Shown: positions 1 to 10,544 of the stretch, piece by piece | Position numbering within the stretch: the stretch's first letter is position 1 | Layout of the letters: each line of letters starts with the position of its first letter | Assembly: GCA_051866635.1 (NCBI GenBank) | Contig: JBJDXJ010000026.1 | Coordinates: 32,001-96,000, forward strand | Source: Clostridia bacterium | GTDB lineage: Bacteria; Bacillota; Clostridia; UMGS1883 | Length of the DNA: 64,000 nt | Direction of reading: 5' to 3' | Translations under genes and position numbers: made by a program | The notes under the pieces: model-generated | Database searches by the model: none | Told to the model about the DNA's origin: nothing | What the model saw: only the letters and a program-made list of their open reading frames with translations

Positions 1-33
1 TTGTTTTATATGAAATTTTAATTATATACTTTG

Positions 34-759
34 TCAGTCGCCTGCACCGGAAACGTTAACCATTGTGAGCATTGAAATGATATATGCCTGTAAAAATCCC
101 GTAAACAGGTCAAAATATATTGATAAAACTGCCGGTATTCCCGCCTGCAGTATAGGCATTGTTGCAATAAAATCAACAGGAATCCATCCCAATATCATAC
201 TGCTTCCTGCCGCCAGAGCCGCATAAATGAGCTTTGTAATAACAATACCTGCGGCTATATTACCAAAATGACGAAACGCCATAGAAACAGGGTTTGCTAT
301 TTCACTTATAATATTTATAGGGGTAATTACCGGCACAGGCTCGGTATAACTTTTAAGCCAGCCGCCTACACCGTGAGTGCGGATATTTGTGACAATGACC
401 ATAACAGTTGTTAAAAGTGCCATTGCCGCTGTTGTGGAAAGGTCACCTGTAACAGCTCTTAAGCCTGTAAGACTTATAAGAGAACCGAACATTGAATAAG
501 CAAAGAGGGCACATATATATGGTGTAAAGTTTGACCATTTCTCACCCATAACACCTGTTACAAGGTTCATAAGCATATTGTATATTTTTTCTGCCACAAG
601 CTGTTTTTTTGACGGATTTCTTAAACTTAGATTTCTGGTGAGAATAAAGCAAAGCAAGCTTACAAATAAGACCACAATCCATCCGTTTACAACAGTTTCC
701 GTGATAGAGATATTGCCTATTTTAAATAAAACTTTAGGTCCTGTTATTTGTATATTCAC
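34..759 (-). CDS. atpB: F0F1 ATP synthase subunit a
   Basis: 241-aa membrane protein with SMAFRHFGNIAAG (conserved Arg) and FLQAYIISML motifs; follows atpI-like genes. Confidence 0.96.
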   Translation of the reverse strand: MNIQITGPKVLFKIGNISITETVVNGWIVVLFVSLLCFILTRNLSLRNPSKKQLVAEKIYNMLMNLVTGVMGEKWSNFTPYICALFAYSMFGSLISLTGLRAVTGDLSTTAAMALLTTVMVIVTNIRTHGVGGWLKSYTEPVPVITPINIISEIANPVSMAFRHFGNIAAGIVITKLIYAALAAGSSMILGWIPVDFIATMPILQAGIPAVLSIYFDLFTGFLQAYIISMLTMVNVSGAGD

Positions 760-1157
760 GGATTAATCACCTCTTCTTTTCCGTTCTCTTTTGAACGGAT
801 ATGACCTACAAAACTTATAACAAACCTTTGATAAAAAAGCGGTATAACCGCTGATATCCAATTGAATACGGGGAGCTTTATTGCCACAATTATCATAACA
901 GCCGCCGCAAGGAGCCTTAAGGTATAGGTCGCCGATACCCTTGCCTGAGCATTTTTAGGATCTTTTTCAACGTTTTTAGAAACGGAAATTGCCAAAGACA
1001 AGAAGCTTAAGGACACAAAGCTACAACCGAGCAGTGCTCCGAAAACAACTTCTTTTGAAAAATATCCTGCTAAAGCAAAAATAAGAACCATGACAATTCC
1101 TAAGATGAAATTGCCAATTGTTACCCGTAACACATCAGTTTGAACGCTTTTTGTCAT
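756..1157 (-). CDS. atpI: ATP synthase subunit I-like membrane protein
   Basis: 133 aa, about 4 TM helices, overlaps the atpB start. Confidence 0.8.
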   Translation of the reverse strand: MTKSVQTDVLRVTIGNFILGIVMVLIFALAGYFSKEVVFGALLGCSFVSLSFLSLAISVSKNVEKDPKNAQARVSATYTLRLLAAAVMIIVAIKLPVFNWISAVIPLFYQRFVISFVGHIRSKENGKEEVINP

Positions 1158-1392
1158 CTTCCTTATCCTCCATTTCCTTTTTCACGGTTTTAATAAAAGA
1201 TGCCATTGTTGTAAACGATGCCGCTACGCCTAAAAGCATACCTACAATCACAACCCAAGTACCTGTATTAAAAGTATTATTTATCCAAAGGGCAAATATT
1301 ACGCATAATATGATTGGTGAAACCATGCTTAACCCAAACTGAGTAATCCAAGCTGCCGCACGCATATGCTTATATTTATCTTTATCAGACAT
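1135..1392 (-). CDS. AtpZ/AtpI family protein
   Basis: 85 aa, 2 TM helices (TQFGLSMVSPI...), first gene of the atp operon, GGAGG RBS. Confidence 0.8.
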   Translation of the reverse strand: MSDKDKYKHMRAAAWITQFGLSMVSPIILCVIFALWINNTFNTGTWVVIVGMLLGVAASFTTMASFIKTVKKEMEDKEDDKKRSN

Positions 1393-1423
1393 TACAGCCT
1401 CCGTAATTGTTTACTTTCCAGTT

Positions 1424-1452
1424 ATTTTATACCTTTTTTCATTTGTAGTCAA
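1424..1452 (-). promoter_or_regulatory. sigma-A promoter of the atp operon
   Basis: TTGACT-N17-TAAAAT on the minus strand. Confidence 0.65.
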
Positions 1453-1576
1453 TAAAATCTGCTTTGTTTTTATAATTTTTTCACAATTTTCTATTTTCAA
1501 ACCAAAATACCTCCCAAATAAAAATCATTTTTTGTAACAATTTTCACCCGGGAGGTTAATTAAACATAGTATTTAA

Positions 1577-2770
1577 TTATTCTGTCAAAGCCTTTGTGTC
1601 AATGGCAATCATCATTTCCTCGTCTGTGGGAACAACCATTACCTTAACTGTAGAATCAGATGTAGAAACAGTCTTAAGTTCACCTTTGCATTTATTTGCT
1701 TCTTCGTCCATCTTTGCACCCATGTATGTAAAGTTTTTCATAACTTCATTACGTACCCAGCCGTTGTTTTCACCAACACCGCCTGTAAAGATAACAACAT
1801 CAACACCGTTCATTGCGGCAATGTAGCTACCAACAATCTTTCTGATGGAATATGTAAACATATTGTATGCCAAAGTTGCTCTTTCGTTACCGTCCTTGCT
1901 TGCAGCTTCAAGGTCACGGTAGTCGTTGGAAACACCGCTGACACCAAGCATACCACTCTTCTTGTTCATGATTGTGTCAAATTCCTTAGCACTTACGCCA
2001 AGCTTATCAATAAGATATGTAACAATAGCAGGGTCGATATCACCGCAACGTGTACCCATGGGAAGACCTGCAAGAGGTGTAAAGCCCATTGAAGTATCAA
2101 CTACCTTACCGTTTTCAATAGCGGCGATACTGCTACCGTTGCCTAAGTGGCAAGTGATAATCTTAAGAGAGGAAATATCCTTACCTAATACTTCAGCCGC
2201 CTTCTTGGAAACATACTTATGGCTTGTACCGTGGAAACCGTATCTTCTTACCTTGTATGTTTCATAATATTCATAAGGAAGTGCGTACATATAAGCTGTA
2301 GAGGGCATTGTCTGATGGAAAGCTGTATCAAAAACAGCTACGTTAGGTACATTAGGCATTGCCTTTTCGCATGCTTCAATACCGATAATGTTTGCAGGAT
2401 TATGCAAAGGAGCCAATTCACTGCAAGCTTCGATAGATGCCTTAACTTCGGGAGTTATAACAACACTTTCAGAGAAGTTTTCACCACCGTGTACAACTCT
2501 GTGACCTACAGCACCGATTTCGTCCATAGACTTAATAACGCCTGTTTCGGGTGCTACAAGAGCATCAAGCACAAGCTTTATTGCATCAGAATGGTCCTTC
2601 ATTGGTGCCATTGTAGTAATCTTATCACCGTCAGCACGCTTATATTCAAGCTTGCTTCCGTCTATACCGATTCTGTCACAAAGACCCTTTGCCATTACAA
2701 CCTGATTATCCATATCTATAAGCTGATACTTCAAAGAGGAACTACCAGCATTGATAACTAAAATCTTCAT
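1577..2770 (-). CDS. ackA: acetate kinase
   Basis: MKILVINAGSSSLKYQL, GHRVVHGG, CHLGNGSS and PTDEE motifs. Confidence 0.98.
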   Translation of the reverse strand: MKILVINAGSSSLKYQLIDMDNQVVMAKGLCDRIGIDGSKLEYKRADGDKITTMAPMKDHSDAIKLVLDALVAPETGVIKSMDEIGAVGHRVVHGGENFSESVVITPEVKASIEACSELAPLHNPANIIGIEACEKAMPNVPNVAVFDTAFHQTMPSTAYMYALPYEYYETYKVRRYGFHGTSHKYVSKKAAEVLGKDISSLKIITCHLGNGSSIAAIENGKVVDTSMGFTPLAGLPMGTRCGDIDPAIVTYLIDKLGVSAKEFDTIMNKKSGMLGVSGVSNDYRDLEAASKDGNERATLAYNMFTYSIRKIVGSYIAAMNGVDVVIFTGGVGENNGWVRNEVMKNFTYMGAKMDEEANKCKGELKTVSTSDSTVKVMVVPTDEEMMIAIDTKALTE

Positions 2771-2795
2771 TTTTATTTATTCCTTTCAAACATAA

Positions 2796-3800
2796 TTAGT
2801 CAAGTGCCTGTGCCTGTACAGAAGTGATAGCAATAACGCCAACAACATCTTCCGCACTGCAACCGCGGGAAAGGTCGTTAACAGGCTTTCTGATACCCTG
2901 AAGGATGGGGCCGTATGCTTCAGCATTTGCAAATCTCTGAACAAGCTTATAACCGATATTACCTGCATTAAGGTCAGGGAATACAAGAACATTCGCCTTG
3001 CCTGCAACAGTGCTTTCGGGGCACTTCAAAGCCGCAACGGAAGGAACGATAGCCGCATCAAGCTGAAGTTCACCGTCAACCTGTAATTCGGGAGCCTTTT
3101 CCTTAACAAGCTTTGTAGCAATCTGCATTTTTTCAACAAGATCGCTCTTTGCTGAACCGTATGTAGAATAGCTGAGCATAGCTACCTTAGGTTCTGCACC
3201 GATAAATGCCTTAAATGTCTTTGCAGAGGAAATAGCAATTTCACTAACCTGTTCTGCATCGGGGTTTTCGTTAAGACCGGAGTCAGCAAAAATAAGGTTA
3301 CCTCCTTCACCGTAAGGACAGTTGGGAACGCACATCATAAAGAATGCACTTACTAATTTTGTTCCGGGTGCAGTCTTAAGAATCTGAAGTGCGGGACGGA
3401 TAACATTTGCAGTAGCATTGCAAGCACCTGCAACCATACCGTCAGCATCTCCCTTATGTACCATCATTACGCCAAAGTAAAGAGGATCCTTCATAAGCTT
3501 TACAGCCATTTCTTCAGTCATACCCTTCGCCTTACGCATTTCAAGAAGAGTCGATGCATAATCGTCAAATTTATCGCTCTGTAAAGGGTCAACAATAGTT
3601 GCCTTAGAAATATCGCAATTTTGCTCATTTGCCATCTTGCAAATTTCATCTTTTTGTCCTAAAATAATAATATCAGCGATTTCTCCGTTTGATGCATCAG
3701 CAGCAGCCTTAACGATTCTCTTGTCAAAACCTTCTGCAAGAACAATCTTTTTCTTGTTCGCCTTTGCCTTTGCAATCATATTGTCTAAAAACTGACTCAT
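2796..3800 (-). CDS. pta: phosphate acetyltransferase
   Basis: DGELQLDAA, FPDLNAGNIGYKLVQR and VNDLSRGCS motifs; adjacent to ackA. Confidence 0.97.
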   Translation of the reverse strand: MSQFLDNMIAKAKANKKKIVLAEGFDKRIVKAAADASNGEIADIIILGQKDEICKMANEQNCDISKATIVDPLQSDKFDDYASTLLEMRKAKGMTEEMAVKLMKDPLYFGVMMVHKGDADGMVAGACNATANVIRPALQILKTAPGTKLVSAFFMMCVPNCPYGEGGNLIFADSGLNENPDAEQVSEIAISSAKTFKAFIGAEPKVAMLSYSTYGSAKSDLVEKMQIATKLVKEKAPELQVDGELQLDAAIVPSVAALKCPESTVAGKANVLVFPDLNAGNIGYKLVQRFANAEAYGPILQGIRKPVNDLSRGCSAEDVVGVIAITSVQAQALD

Positions 3801-3895
3801 AACAATACCTCCATATAATAATTATCATATGGGAATATTATACTACTCCAATAACAAACTTTCAACTAATTTTTACAAAAAAGAGTGTGATTTTC

Positions 3896-5026
3896 ATGAA
3901 AATTTGTGCCACAGTTGCAGAATTTAATCCATTTCATAACGGTCATGGCTATCTTGCCGGTGCTTTCAGGGAAGAGTATGACGGCATGATTGCCGTTATG
4001 AGCGGTAACTTCGTCCAAAGAGGTGAGGCAGCCGTATATAACAAGTTTGCACGTGCAAAAGCTGCAATTGCCAACGGTTTTGATTTGGTTATTGAATTAC
4101 CGATTATATATGCTCTTTCTTCGGCAGAGTTTTTTGCAACGGGAGCAATAAAAATTTTAAACAGCACCAATGTTGTTGATTCTTTAGTTTTCGGTTCGGA
4201 GCTTGGTGAAATAGAACCACTTCGGGAAGTGGCTATGTTGGCATTGGACGAAACAAGTGAATTTAAAGATACATTAAAGTTCCATCTTTCTTCCGGAGAG
4301 CCTTATCCCAAAGCGTTGGCAAAAGCATATGCCACAGTAGGGATTGACGAAAAGCTGGTAACCTCACCTAACAACATTTTAGGTATTGAATATATAAAAG
4401 CACTTATTAAAACAAAATCCACCATAACACCTATGACGTTAAGACGTTTCGGCGCTTCTCATGATTCATTTATTGCTTCTAATTCGGTGGCATCTGCATC
4501 ACATATAAGAAGCCTTATAGAAAAGGGCAGTTTTACACAAAACTTTATGCCTACTTTCCCCTACCCCGTCCCGGTATTTGACAAGCAGTTTTCAAATATA
4601 ATCCTTTATGCTTTAAAGTCTGCAAAATTTGAAGACCTTATTAAAATACCTGATTGCAGTAGTGAATTGGCATCAAGATTTCTTTCAGCATCCAAATTGA
4701 CAAACGTAAACGATATTGTTTCCTATGTAAAAACAAAAAACTATACCGAAAGCAGAATAAGACGCATATTGTGGAATTTGGTTTTAAAGAACAATATTTC
4801 ACCATCAACTGACCCTACCTATATCCGTATTCTGGCACAGAATAAACAGGGAAGCAAAATTTTGTCACAGATGAAAGCTGTTTCAACACTTCCCATTGTA
4901 CAGAAAAGTGTTGAGTTAAAGAAAGATAATATATTTATATTGGAATCAACTGCAACCGACATTTATAACATTGCGACAGGTCATCCTTCAGGCGAGGATT
5001 TTCGTCACACACCTGTACAAATGTAG
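3896..5026 (+). CDS. tmcAL: tRNA(Met) cytidine acetate ligase (YlbM/HIGH nucleotidyltransferase)
   Basis: AEFNPFHNGH, MSGNFVQRGE and PNNILGIEY motifs; divergent from pta-ackA as is usual in Clostridia. Confidence 0.9.
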   Translation: MKICATVAEFNPFHNGHGYLAGAFREEYDGMIAVMSGNFVQRGEAAVYNKFARAKAAIANGFDLVIELPIIYALSSAEFFATGAIKILNSTNVVDSLVFGSELGEIEPLREVAMLALDETSEFKDTLKFHLSSGEPYPKALAKAYATVGIDEKLVTSPNNILGIEYIKALIKTKSTITPMTLRRFGASHDSFIASNSVASASHIRSLIEKGSFTQNFMPTFPYPVPVFDKQFSNIILYALKSAKFEDLIKIPDCSSELASRFLSASKLTNVNDIVSYVKTKNYTESRIRRILWNLVLKNNISPSTDPTYIRILAQNKQGSKILSQMKAVSTLPIVQKSVELKKDNIFILESTATDIYNIATGHPSGEDFRHTPVQM

Positions 5027-5034
5027 TTTTAGGA

Positions 5035-5071
5035 AAATAAAAAGGGTGCGATAAATCGCACCCTTTTATTT
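5035..5071. terminator. bidirectional intrinsic terminator (tmcAL/hup)
   Basis: AAAAGGGTGCGAT-AA-ATCGCACCCTTTT hairpin between convergent genes. Confidence 0.85.
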
Positions 5072-5083
5072 ATGAGTAAAAAA

Positions 5084-5356
5084 TTACTTTACTGCATCCT
5101 TAAGAGCCTTACCTGCCTTGAAAGCGGGAGCCTTACAAGCAGCGATTTCGATTGTTTCGCCTGTAGCAGGGTTCTTACCTGTACGAGCAGCTCTTTCTCT
5201 AACTTCGAATGTACCGAAACCAACGAGAGCAACCTTGTCACCGTTCTTAAGTGCTTCTGTTACAGCGTCAACTGTAGCAGCAAGGGCAGCATCAGCATCC
5301 TTCTTAGAAAGGCCTGCCTTAGCAGCAATAGCATTTACTAATTCTGTCTTGTTCAT
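5084..5356 (-). CDS. hup: DNA-binding protein HU
   Basis: MNKTELV...[18 protein letters not shown]...[14 protein letters not shown]; start moved to the ATG at 5356 after a GGAGG RBS. Confidence 0.97.
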   Translation of the reverse strand: MNKTELVNAIAAKAGLSKKDADAALAATVDAVTEALKNGDKVALVGFGTFEVRERAARTGKNPATGETIEIAACKAPAFKAGKALKDAVK

Positions 5357-5624
5357 TACATTTTCACCTCCATCATATTGTAGTGCGTCAATATATATCG
5401 CACCCACAGGGCACGATTTAATTTCTGGTCAACGCGACTTCATCGTTATTATAACACAATCAAATTGGGAATTTCAATAGGTTTTTCATAAAATTTATCA
5501 TTTTTTTGAGTTTTTTTGGTATTTATTTTCAACATTTGTTTTATTTATTCCTTTTTCAATATTTTATTGACTTTCTTTTTGTGCTGTGTTACAGTTCATT
5601 TGTGCTTTTTAAGGAGTGATATAT

Positions 5625-7400
5625 ATGCAAGTTAAAGCTGAAGATAGTCTGATAGAAAGTTTTAAGCGAAACAAAAACCACAGTTTAAAAACCTTACTGT
5701 CACTTTATAAGGGCAACTATATAAAAATGTTATTTGCTCTTGTGTTTTTCATTATCAAACGTTCACCGGAATGGGTATTGCCAATTGTTACTGCCAACAT
5801 TATAAATATTGCCACTTCCCCCTCTGAGCATACATTAAATCAGCTTATTTTAAACACTGCAGTAATGGTTTTCTTTATCCTTCAAAACGTACCTACGAAT
5901 TATATATATTTTAGAACATACCGCTATGTAATCCGAAGTGTTGAGTCAAAGCTAAGACAGGCACTTGTGCGGAAAATGCAACAGCTTTCAATCACTTATC
6001 ATAAAGAAATGCAATCAGGAAGATTGCAGTCAAAAATCATGCGTGACGTTGAAGCGGTTGAAACATTATCAACACAATTCTTTATCGGCATGCTGCAAAT
6101 TGTAATGGATTTGGCAGTTGCACTTTTTATAACAGGTACAAAAAATATTGCCGTACTGTTTTTCTTCCTTTTAACTGTTCCCTTTGCTGTTTTGCTTATA
6201 ACTCTTTTCCGTAAACGTATCCGTAAACGTAACAACGAGTTCAGGCGTGAAATGGAAGAAACAAGTGCAATGGTTATGGAAATGGTTGAATTAATTCCCG
6301 TAACCCGTGCACACGGATTGCAGAATTATGAAATACACCGTATGGGTACACAGATGAAAAAGGTTGCTTCAAAGGGTTTAAAGCTTGACGTTATCCAGGA
6401 GCTTTTCGGTTCTATGACATGGGTAACTTTCCAGATTTTCCAGCTTGCCTGCCTATCTTTTACAGGATATTTGGCATTTACAAACAGAATAACTGTTGGC
6501 GAAGTTGTGCTTTACCAAAGCTATTATTCCATAATTGTGCATCAGGTATCCAATTTAGTAGGGCTTCTTCCGTCTATGAGTAAGGGGCTGGAATCTGTCC
6601 GAAGTATCGGTGATGTTCTCTCTGCAATGGATGTTGAAAATAATTCAGGAAAAAAGAACCTCCGTGATATAAAAGGCGATATTGACTTTTCTTCCGTTTC
6701 CTTCACTTATCACAATGCGGAAAGTCCTGTTCTTGACGACTTTTCATTGAAAGTACATCAGGGTGAAACCGTGGCACTTGTAGGTGAAAGCGGTGCAGGT
6801 AAAACTACAATACTTAATCTTATAATGGGCTTTAACCAGCCCACGAAGGGGCTTATTACAATTGACGAAAACGATATAACAAAAATTAATCTTAACTCCC
6901 TCCGCCATCATCTTGCGGTTGTACCCCAGAACACTATTTTGTTTTCAGGCACTTTAAGGGACAATATTACTTATGGAATGGATAATGTAACGGAAGATAA
7001 ACTTAGTGAAGTTTTGGATGCGGCAAACCTTACAGAACTTGTCTCATCCCTCCCCGATGGATTGGACACCATGATTAATGAACACGGTTCTAATCTCTCC
7101 GGCGGACAAAGACAGCGTATCTCCATTGCACGAGCACTTATCCGTGACCCAAAAATTATTATTTTAGACGAAGCCACCAGTGCACTTGACACTATTTCCG
7201 AACGAAAAATACAAGCATCCATCGACACACTTTGCAAAAACCGAACAACATTTATCGTTGCACACCGTCTTTCCACCATACGTAACGCAGACAAAATTGC
7301 CGTTATAGAAAACGGTAAATGTGTTGAACAGGGCTCTTTCGAGGCTCTTTTAGCAAAGAAAGGTAAATTTTATGAACTTAATAAAATGCAGATTGGGTAA
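5625..7400 (+). CDS. ABC exporter, fused permease + ATPase (MsbA/MdlB-like)
   Basis: N-terminal TMD; GESGAGKT, LSGGQRQR and ILDEATSALD motifs. Confidence 0.92.
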   Translation: MQVKAEDSLIESFKRNKNHSLKTLLSLYKGNYIKMLFALVFFIIKRSPEWVLPIVTANIINIATSPSEHTLNQLILNTAVMVFFILQNVPTNYIYFRTYRYVIRSVESKLRQALVRKMQQLSITYHKEMQSGRLQSKIMRDVEAVETLSTQFFIGMLQIVMDLAVALFITGTKNIAVLFFFLLTVPFAVLLITLFRKRIRKRNNEFRREMEETSAMVMEMVELIPVTRAHGLQNYEIHRMGTQMKKVASKGLKLDVIQELFGSMTWVTFQIFQLACLSFTGYLAFTNRITVGEVVLYQSYYSIIVHQVSNLVGLLPSMSKGLESVRSIGDVLSAMDVENNSGKKNLRDIKGDIDFSSVSFTYHNAESPVLDDFSLKVHQGETVALVGESGAGKTTILNLIMGFNQPTKGLITIDENDITKINLNSLRHHLAVVPQNTILFSGTLRDNITYGMDNVTEDKLSEVLDAANLTELVSSLPDGLDTMINEHGSNLSGGQRQRISIARALIRDPKIIILDEATSALDTISERKIQASIDTLCKNRTTFIVAHRLSTIRNADKIAVIENGKCVEQGSFEALLAKKGKFYELNKMQIG

Positions 7401-7440
7401 CAAAAAAGACTTTTGCCGAGGCAAAAGTCTTTTTTGTTAC
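7397..7440. terminator. bidirectional intrinsic terminator
   Basis: perfect 20-bp inverted repeat GTAACAAAAAAGACTTTTGC-CGAG-GCAAAAGTCTTTTTTGTTAC between convergent genes. Confidence 0.9.
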
Positions 7441-7441
7441 T

Positions 7442-9163
7442 TTATCCTAATACCTTTTCTTCAAAACTTTTTATATCATAGCCTTTTTCTTCAAGCCACA
7501 TTACGGTTTCTTTGTATTTTGTTGTAAGGTCAAAATGTATACTACATGTATAAACATCTTTACCACCGCAAGTACATTCAATATAGCATCCACCTATATA
7601 ACTTTCATCACTATCTCCATGCAAATCAGTATAGCTTAATTTTTCCACATCTCTTTTTGCACATTCAAGAAATTCGTTAAGCTCTGCAATTGTTCCTTCT
7701 ATTTCATAGCCGTTAACACTGACAGCAACAACGTCATTAACATCATTACGGAAAACTTCTTCGCAAGCATATTTATATTCGGGATATTTATACAGTTTTT
7801 CCATTATTTTGTCTCGCTTTTCATTGCTTATGGGGTACCGCCTTGCAACAGTTTTTCCGTTTTTAAGCTCATATACGATGTGTATTCTGGTATCCGCATC
7901 TTGGTACCAACCTCGGGTATCATAATTAAAAAGCATAATGTTCTCTTTCCCCGTAAGCTCGGAATGAACATTTACTATGTACTCGTTTATTTTTTCGCTG
8001 TCTGTAAAAGGTTCAACGTCTTGATAGTAATAGTTATAAATAGCCGCAGTTTCAATATCGTTTACATCGGGAACATAAGTTTCGTAACCGAAAACACTTG
8101 TGAACATTATAAATCCAACCATTAAGAAAAATATAACGCCAAATACAAGATATCCCTTGTAAGTGTGCCATACCTTAATTTGTTTTCTTAAAAGCATTTC
8201 ACTTCCGAAATAGATAACTGCACCTAAAACTGCCACAACAATAAATACCATTATGGGTTTTTCGCTTATAAGTGAAGAAAAGAGTGCAAATACAGAAAGT
8301 GTTCCAACAAATGTTACAGCATACTTAAATATGGGGTTTAATACTTTAAATGCCGCCACATCTTCACTTGTTTCAACATTTCTCTTTTTGTAAATAAAAT
8401 AGTTTACCACATACATTAAAGCTGCCACTACAGTAAATGCAATTATGGAAGAAAAATCTTTAAAATTGCCGCCGTATGAAATATAGCTTGAAAAATCCGC
8501 AAGGGTAGCTACAGGGTTCATTTCAATGGCAATGTTTGCAATTGATGTTGACTGTGCACTTCCGTACAAAAACTGATCAAGCAAAACATCAACAACCGAA
8601 CCCACTACCGGAAGTGCGATATATATAAATAAATTAAGTGCCGCCAAAGCAAAGCTGTTGCCTGTAATCATTGCAACAAATGTGGAAAAGGCAAACATTA
8701 TGAAAACAGTTAAAAGATTTACCCCAACCCACACAAAGGCAGATTCTACGCTAAAAAGCGTATGGTATTTTGTAAGGGACATTAAAATTAATACAATTCC
8801 GTTTAAAATTATGGGCAAGCCCATAAGTGTGAATGCCGCAGCTAAAGTTGAAATGTAGTTTTGCATTCTTGTTACAGGCATTGAATGAGCAAAAACAGAA
8901 GCCTTTTTTGAATGTACAAACCTGTAAACCAAAAGTGCAACAATCGTCGGCACAACAAAACCCATAAGCATACTGGGAATTAAAAAGCCGTCTGTCAATA
9001 TAAGGTCATTATCCCACGATTGATAAATATATGAATCATAGGCGAGCATTATCATAAGCCCTGTACACATAAACATCAGCAAAAAATACAAAACAGAGCC
9101 TATGGAAAACCTTTTTACGGTTGATTTGTATATTCCTTTATTAAAGAATGTTTTTATAGTCAT
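7442..9163 (-). CDS. ABC-2 type transporter permease with C-terminal soluble domain
   Basis: 573 aa, many TM helices, HSMPVTR motif, follows an ABC ATPase. Confidence 0.8.
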   Translation of the reverse strand: MTIKTFFNKGIYKSTVKRFSIGSVLYFLLMFMCTGLMIMLAYDSYIYQSWDNDLILTDGFLIPSMLMGFVVPTIVALLVYRFVHSKKASVFAHSMPVTRMQNYISTLAAAFTLMGLPIILNGIVLILMSLTKYHTLFSVESAFVWVGVNLLTVFIMFAFSTFVAMITGNSFALAALNLFIYIALPVVGSVVDVLLDQFLYGSAQSTSIANIAIEMNPVATLADFSSYISYGGNFKDFSSIIAFTVVAALMYVVNYFIYKKRNVETSEDVAAFKVLNPIFKYAVTFVGTLSVFALFSSLISEKPIMVFIVVAVLGAVIYFGSEMLLRKQIKVWHTYKGYLVFGVIFFLMVGFIMFTSVFGYETYVPDVNDIETAAIYNYYYQDVEPFTDSEKINEYIVNVHSELTGKENIMLFNYDTRGWYQDADTRIHIVYELKNGKTVARRYPISNEKRDKIMEKLYKYPEYKYACEEVFRNDVNDVVAVSVNGYEIEGTIAELNEFLECAKRDVEKLSYTDLHGDSDESYIGGCYIECTCGGKDVYTCSIHFDLTTKYKETVMWLEEKGYDIKSFEEKVLG

Positions 9164-10037
9164 ATCCTAAACCTCCCAACTCATAAATAAATACTTCCTC
9201 CAATGTGAGGCTGATTCTTTCAAATAATACAGGAGAATACTTTTTCATTAAGCGGTCACATTCCTCTGCGGAACCTTTTACAATAATGTTATAAACACTG
9301 CCTGTATTTGAAATGTGTAAAATATCCCCTCCTACTTGTATTTCATTGGGCTTTTCGCCGTCAAAAACAACCTGGTACTTATGCACATTGCCCTTTAAGT
9401 CGTCAAGGGGCTTTTCTGTTATCAATTTCCCTTTATGTATAATACCAACATAATCGCAAATATCCTCAAGCTCTCTAAGATTATGGCTGGACACCAAAAC
9501 TGTCATCTGTCTGTCTACAACCAATGCAATAACAAGGTTTAAAACCTGCTTTCGCATTACAGGGTCAAGTCCGTCAAGTGGTTCGTCAAGTATTAAGACC
9601 TCAGGTTCACAAGACAAACTCAGCCAGAATGCCACCTGTTTTTTCATACCCTTTGAAAGTTTTCGTATCTGCCTTTTTTCGTCAATGTTAAAAATTTCTT
9701 TTATTTTATTATACATATCACGGTTAAAGGTGGGATACATGCTTTCATAAAAGCCTGCCATTTGCTTTATTGTAAAAGTATTAAAATAAAACCAATCATC
9801 GGCAATGCTTAATATTTTGCTTTTCACCTTTGGGTTTTCATAAATTGTCTCACCATCTAAGGTTATTTCACCACTCTCTTGTCTGAGAGCACCTGTTATA
9901 TGGTTGATTAAAGTTGTTTTGCCTGCACCGTTAGGTCCTACCAGACCGTAAATAGTACCCTTAGGCACATTAAGACAAATTTCGTCCAAAACTTTAAAAT
10001 CTCCGAAATGTTTAGTAACATTATTTACCTTTATCAT
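9141..10037 (-). CDS. ABC transporter ATP-binding protein (YtrB-like)
   Basis: GPNGAGKTT, LSKGMK and LILDEPLDGLDP motifs. Confidence 0.93.
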   Translation of the reverse strand: MIKVNNVTKHFGDFKVLDEICLNVPKGTIYGLVGPNGAGKTTLINHITGALRQESGEITLDGETIYENPKVKSKILSIADDWFYFNTFTIKQMAGFYESMYPTFNRDMYNKIKEIFNIDEKRQIRKLSKGMKKQVAFWLSLSCEPEVLILDEPLDGLDPVMRKQVLNLVIALVVDRQMTVLVSSHNLRELEDICDYVGIIHKGKLITEKPLDDLKGNVHKYQVVFDGEKPNEIQVGGDILHISNTGSVYNIIVKGSAEECDRLMKKYSPVLFERISLTLEEVFIYELGGLGYDYKNIL

Positions 10038-10408
10038 TTACTATCCTCTCTTTCATACTCTTTTTCGATTATTTTTTCAATTTCTTTTCGGTCAACGCCT
10101 AAAAACTCAAGCTCTTTAACTATTTTTTCAAGATTGTCAAAAAGCTTTAAAACAGTTTCATCGTCAGCCTTTTTAAAGGGAGATACAAAATTGCCCTTGC
10201 CCTGTACTGAATAAATAATACCGCCAAATTCTAATTCCTTGTATGCTTTCTGCACAGTATTGGGGTTTACTGTTAAAGATAATGACAATTCCCTGACACT
10301 GGGCAACTTGTCGTTCTCTTTCAGTGCACCTGATATTATAAGTTCTTTTATTCCCTCTTTAATCTGTTCATGTATGCTCCTGCCGCTTTTGTAGTCAAGC
10401 TTTATCAA
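10034..10408 (-). CDS. GntR family regulator, YtrA subfamily
   Basis: 124 aa, KLPSVRELSLSLTVNPNTVQKAY wHTH; first gene of an ABC operon. Confidence 0.92.
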   Translation of the reverse strand: MIKLDYKSGRSIHEQIKEGIKELIISGALKENDKLPSVRELSLSLTVNPNTVQKAYKELEFGGIIYSVQGKGNFVSPFKKADDETVLKLFDNLEKIVKELEFLGVDRKEIEKIIEKEYEREDSK

Positions 10409-10425
10409 AATTCTTCCTCCTTTCC

Positions 10426-10479
10426 TAACTGTATTATTTGTACTAATACAGTTATATCACACACTAAAACACTTGTCAA
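10426..10479 (-). promoter_or_regulatory. sigma-A promoter with overlapping YtrA-type operator
   Basis: TTGACA-N17-TATAAC (10479-10451); palindrome TAACTGTATTA-N7-TAATACAGTTA at 10426-10454. Confidence 0.8.
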
Positions 10480-10490
10480 TAACTTTTGCA

Positions 10491-10517
10491 AAAAAAAAGA
10501 GGCTTTCGCCTCTTTTT
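10491..10517 (-). terminator. intrinsic terminator of the GerMN gene
   Basis: AAAAAGAGGC-TTTC-GCCTCTTTTT. Confidence 0.8.
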
Positions 10518-10544
10518 CAACACAGATTTCAAATTAATAATTAT

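Noticed and set aside
1469-1550. Rex-like sites upstream of the atp promoter
   Set aside because: Only half-sites match (TTGTGAA; TTACAA) in very AT-rich DNA, which is too weak to call.
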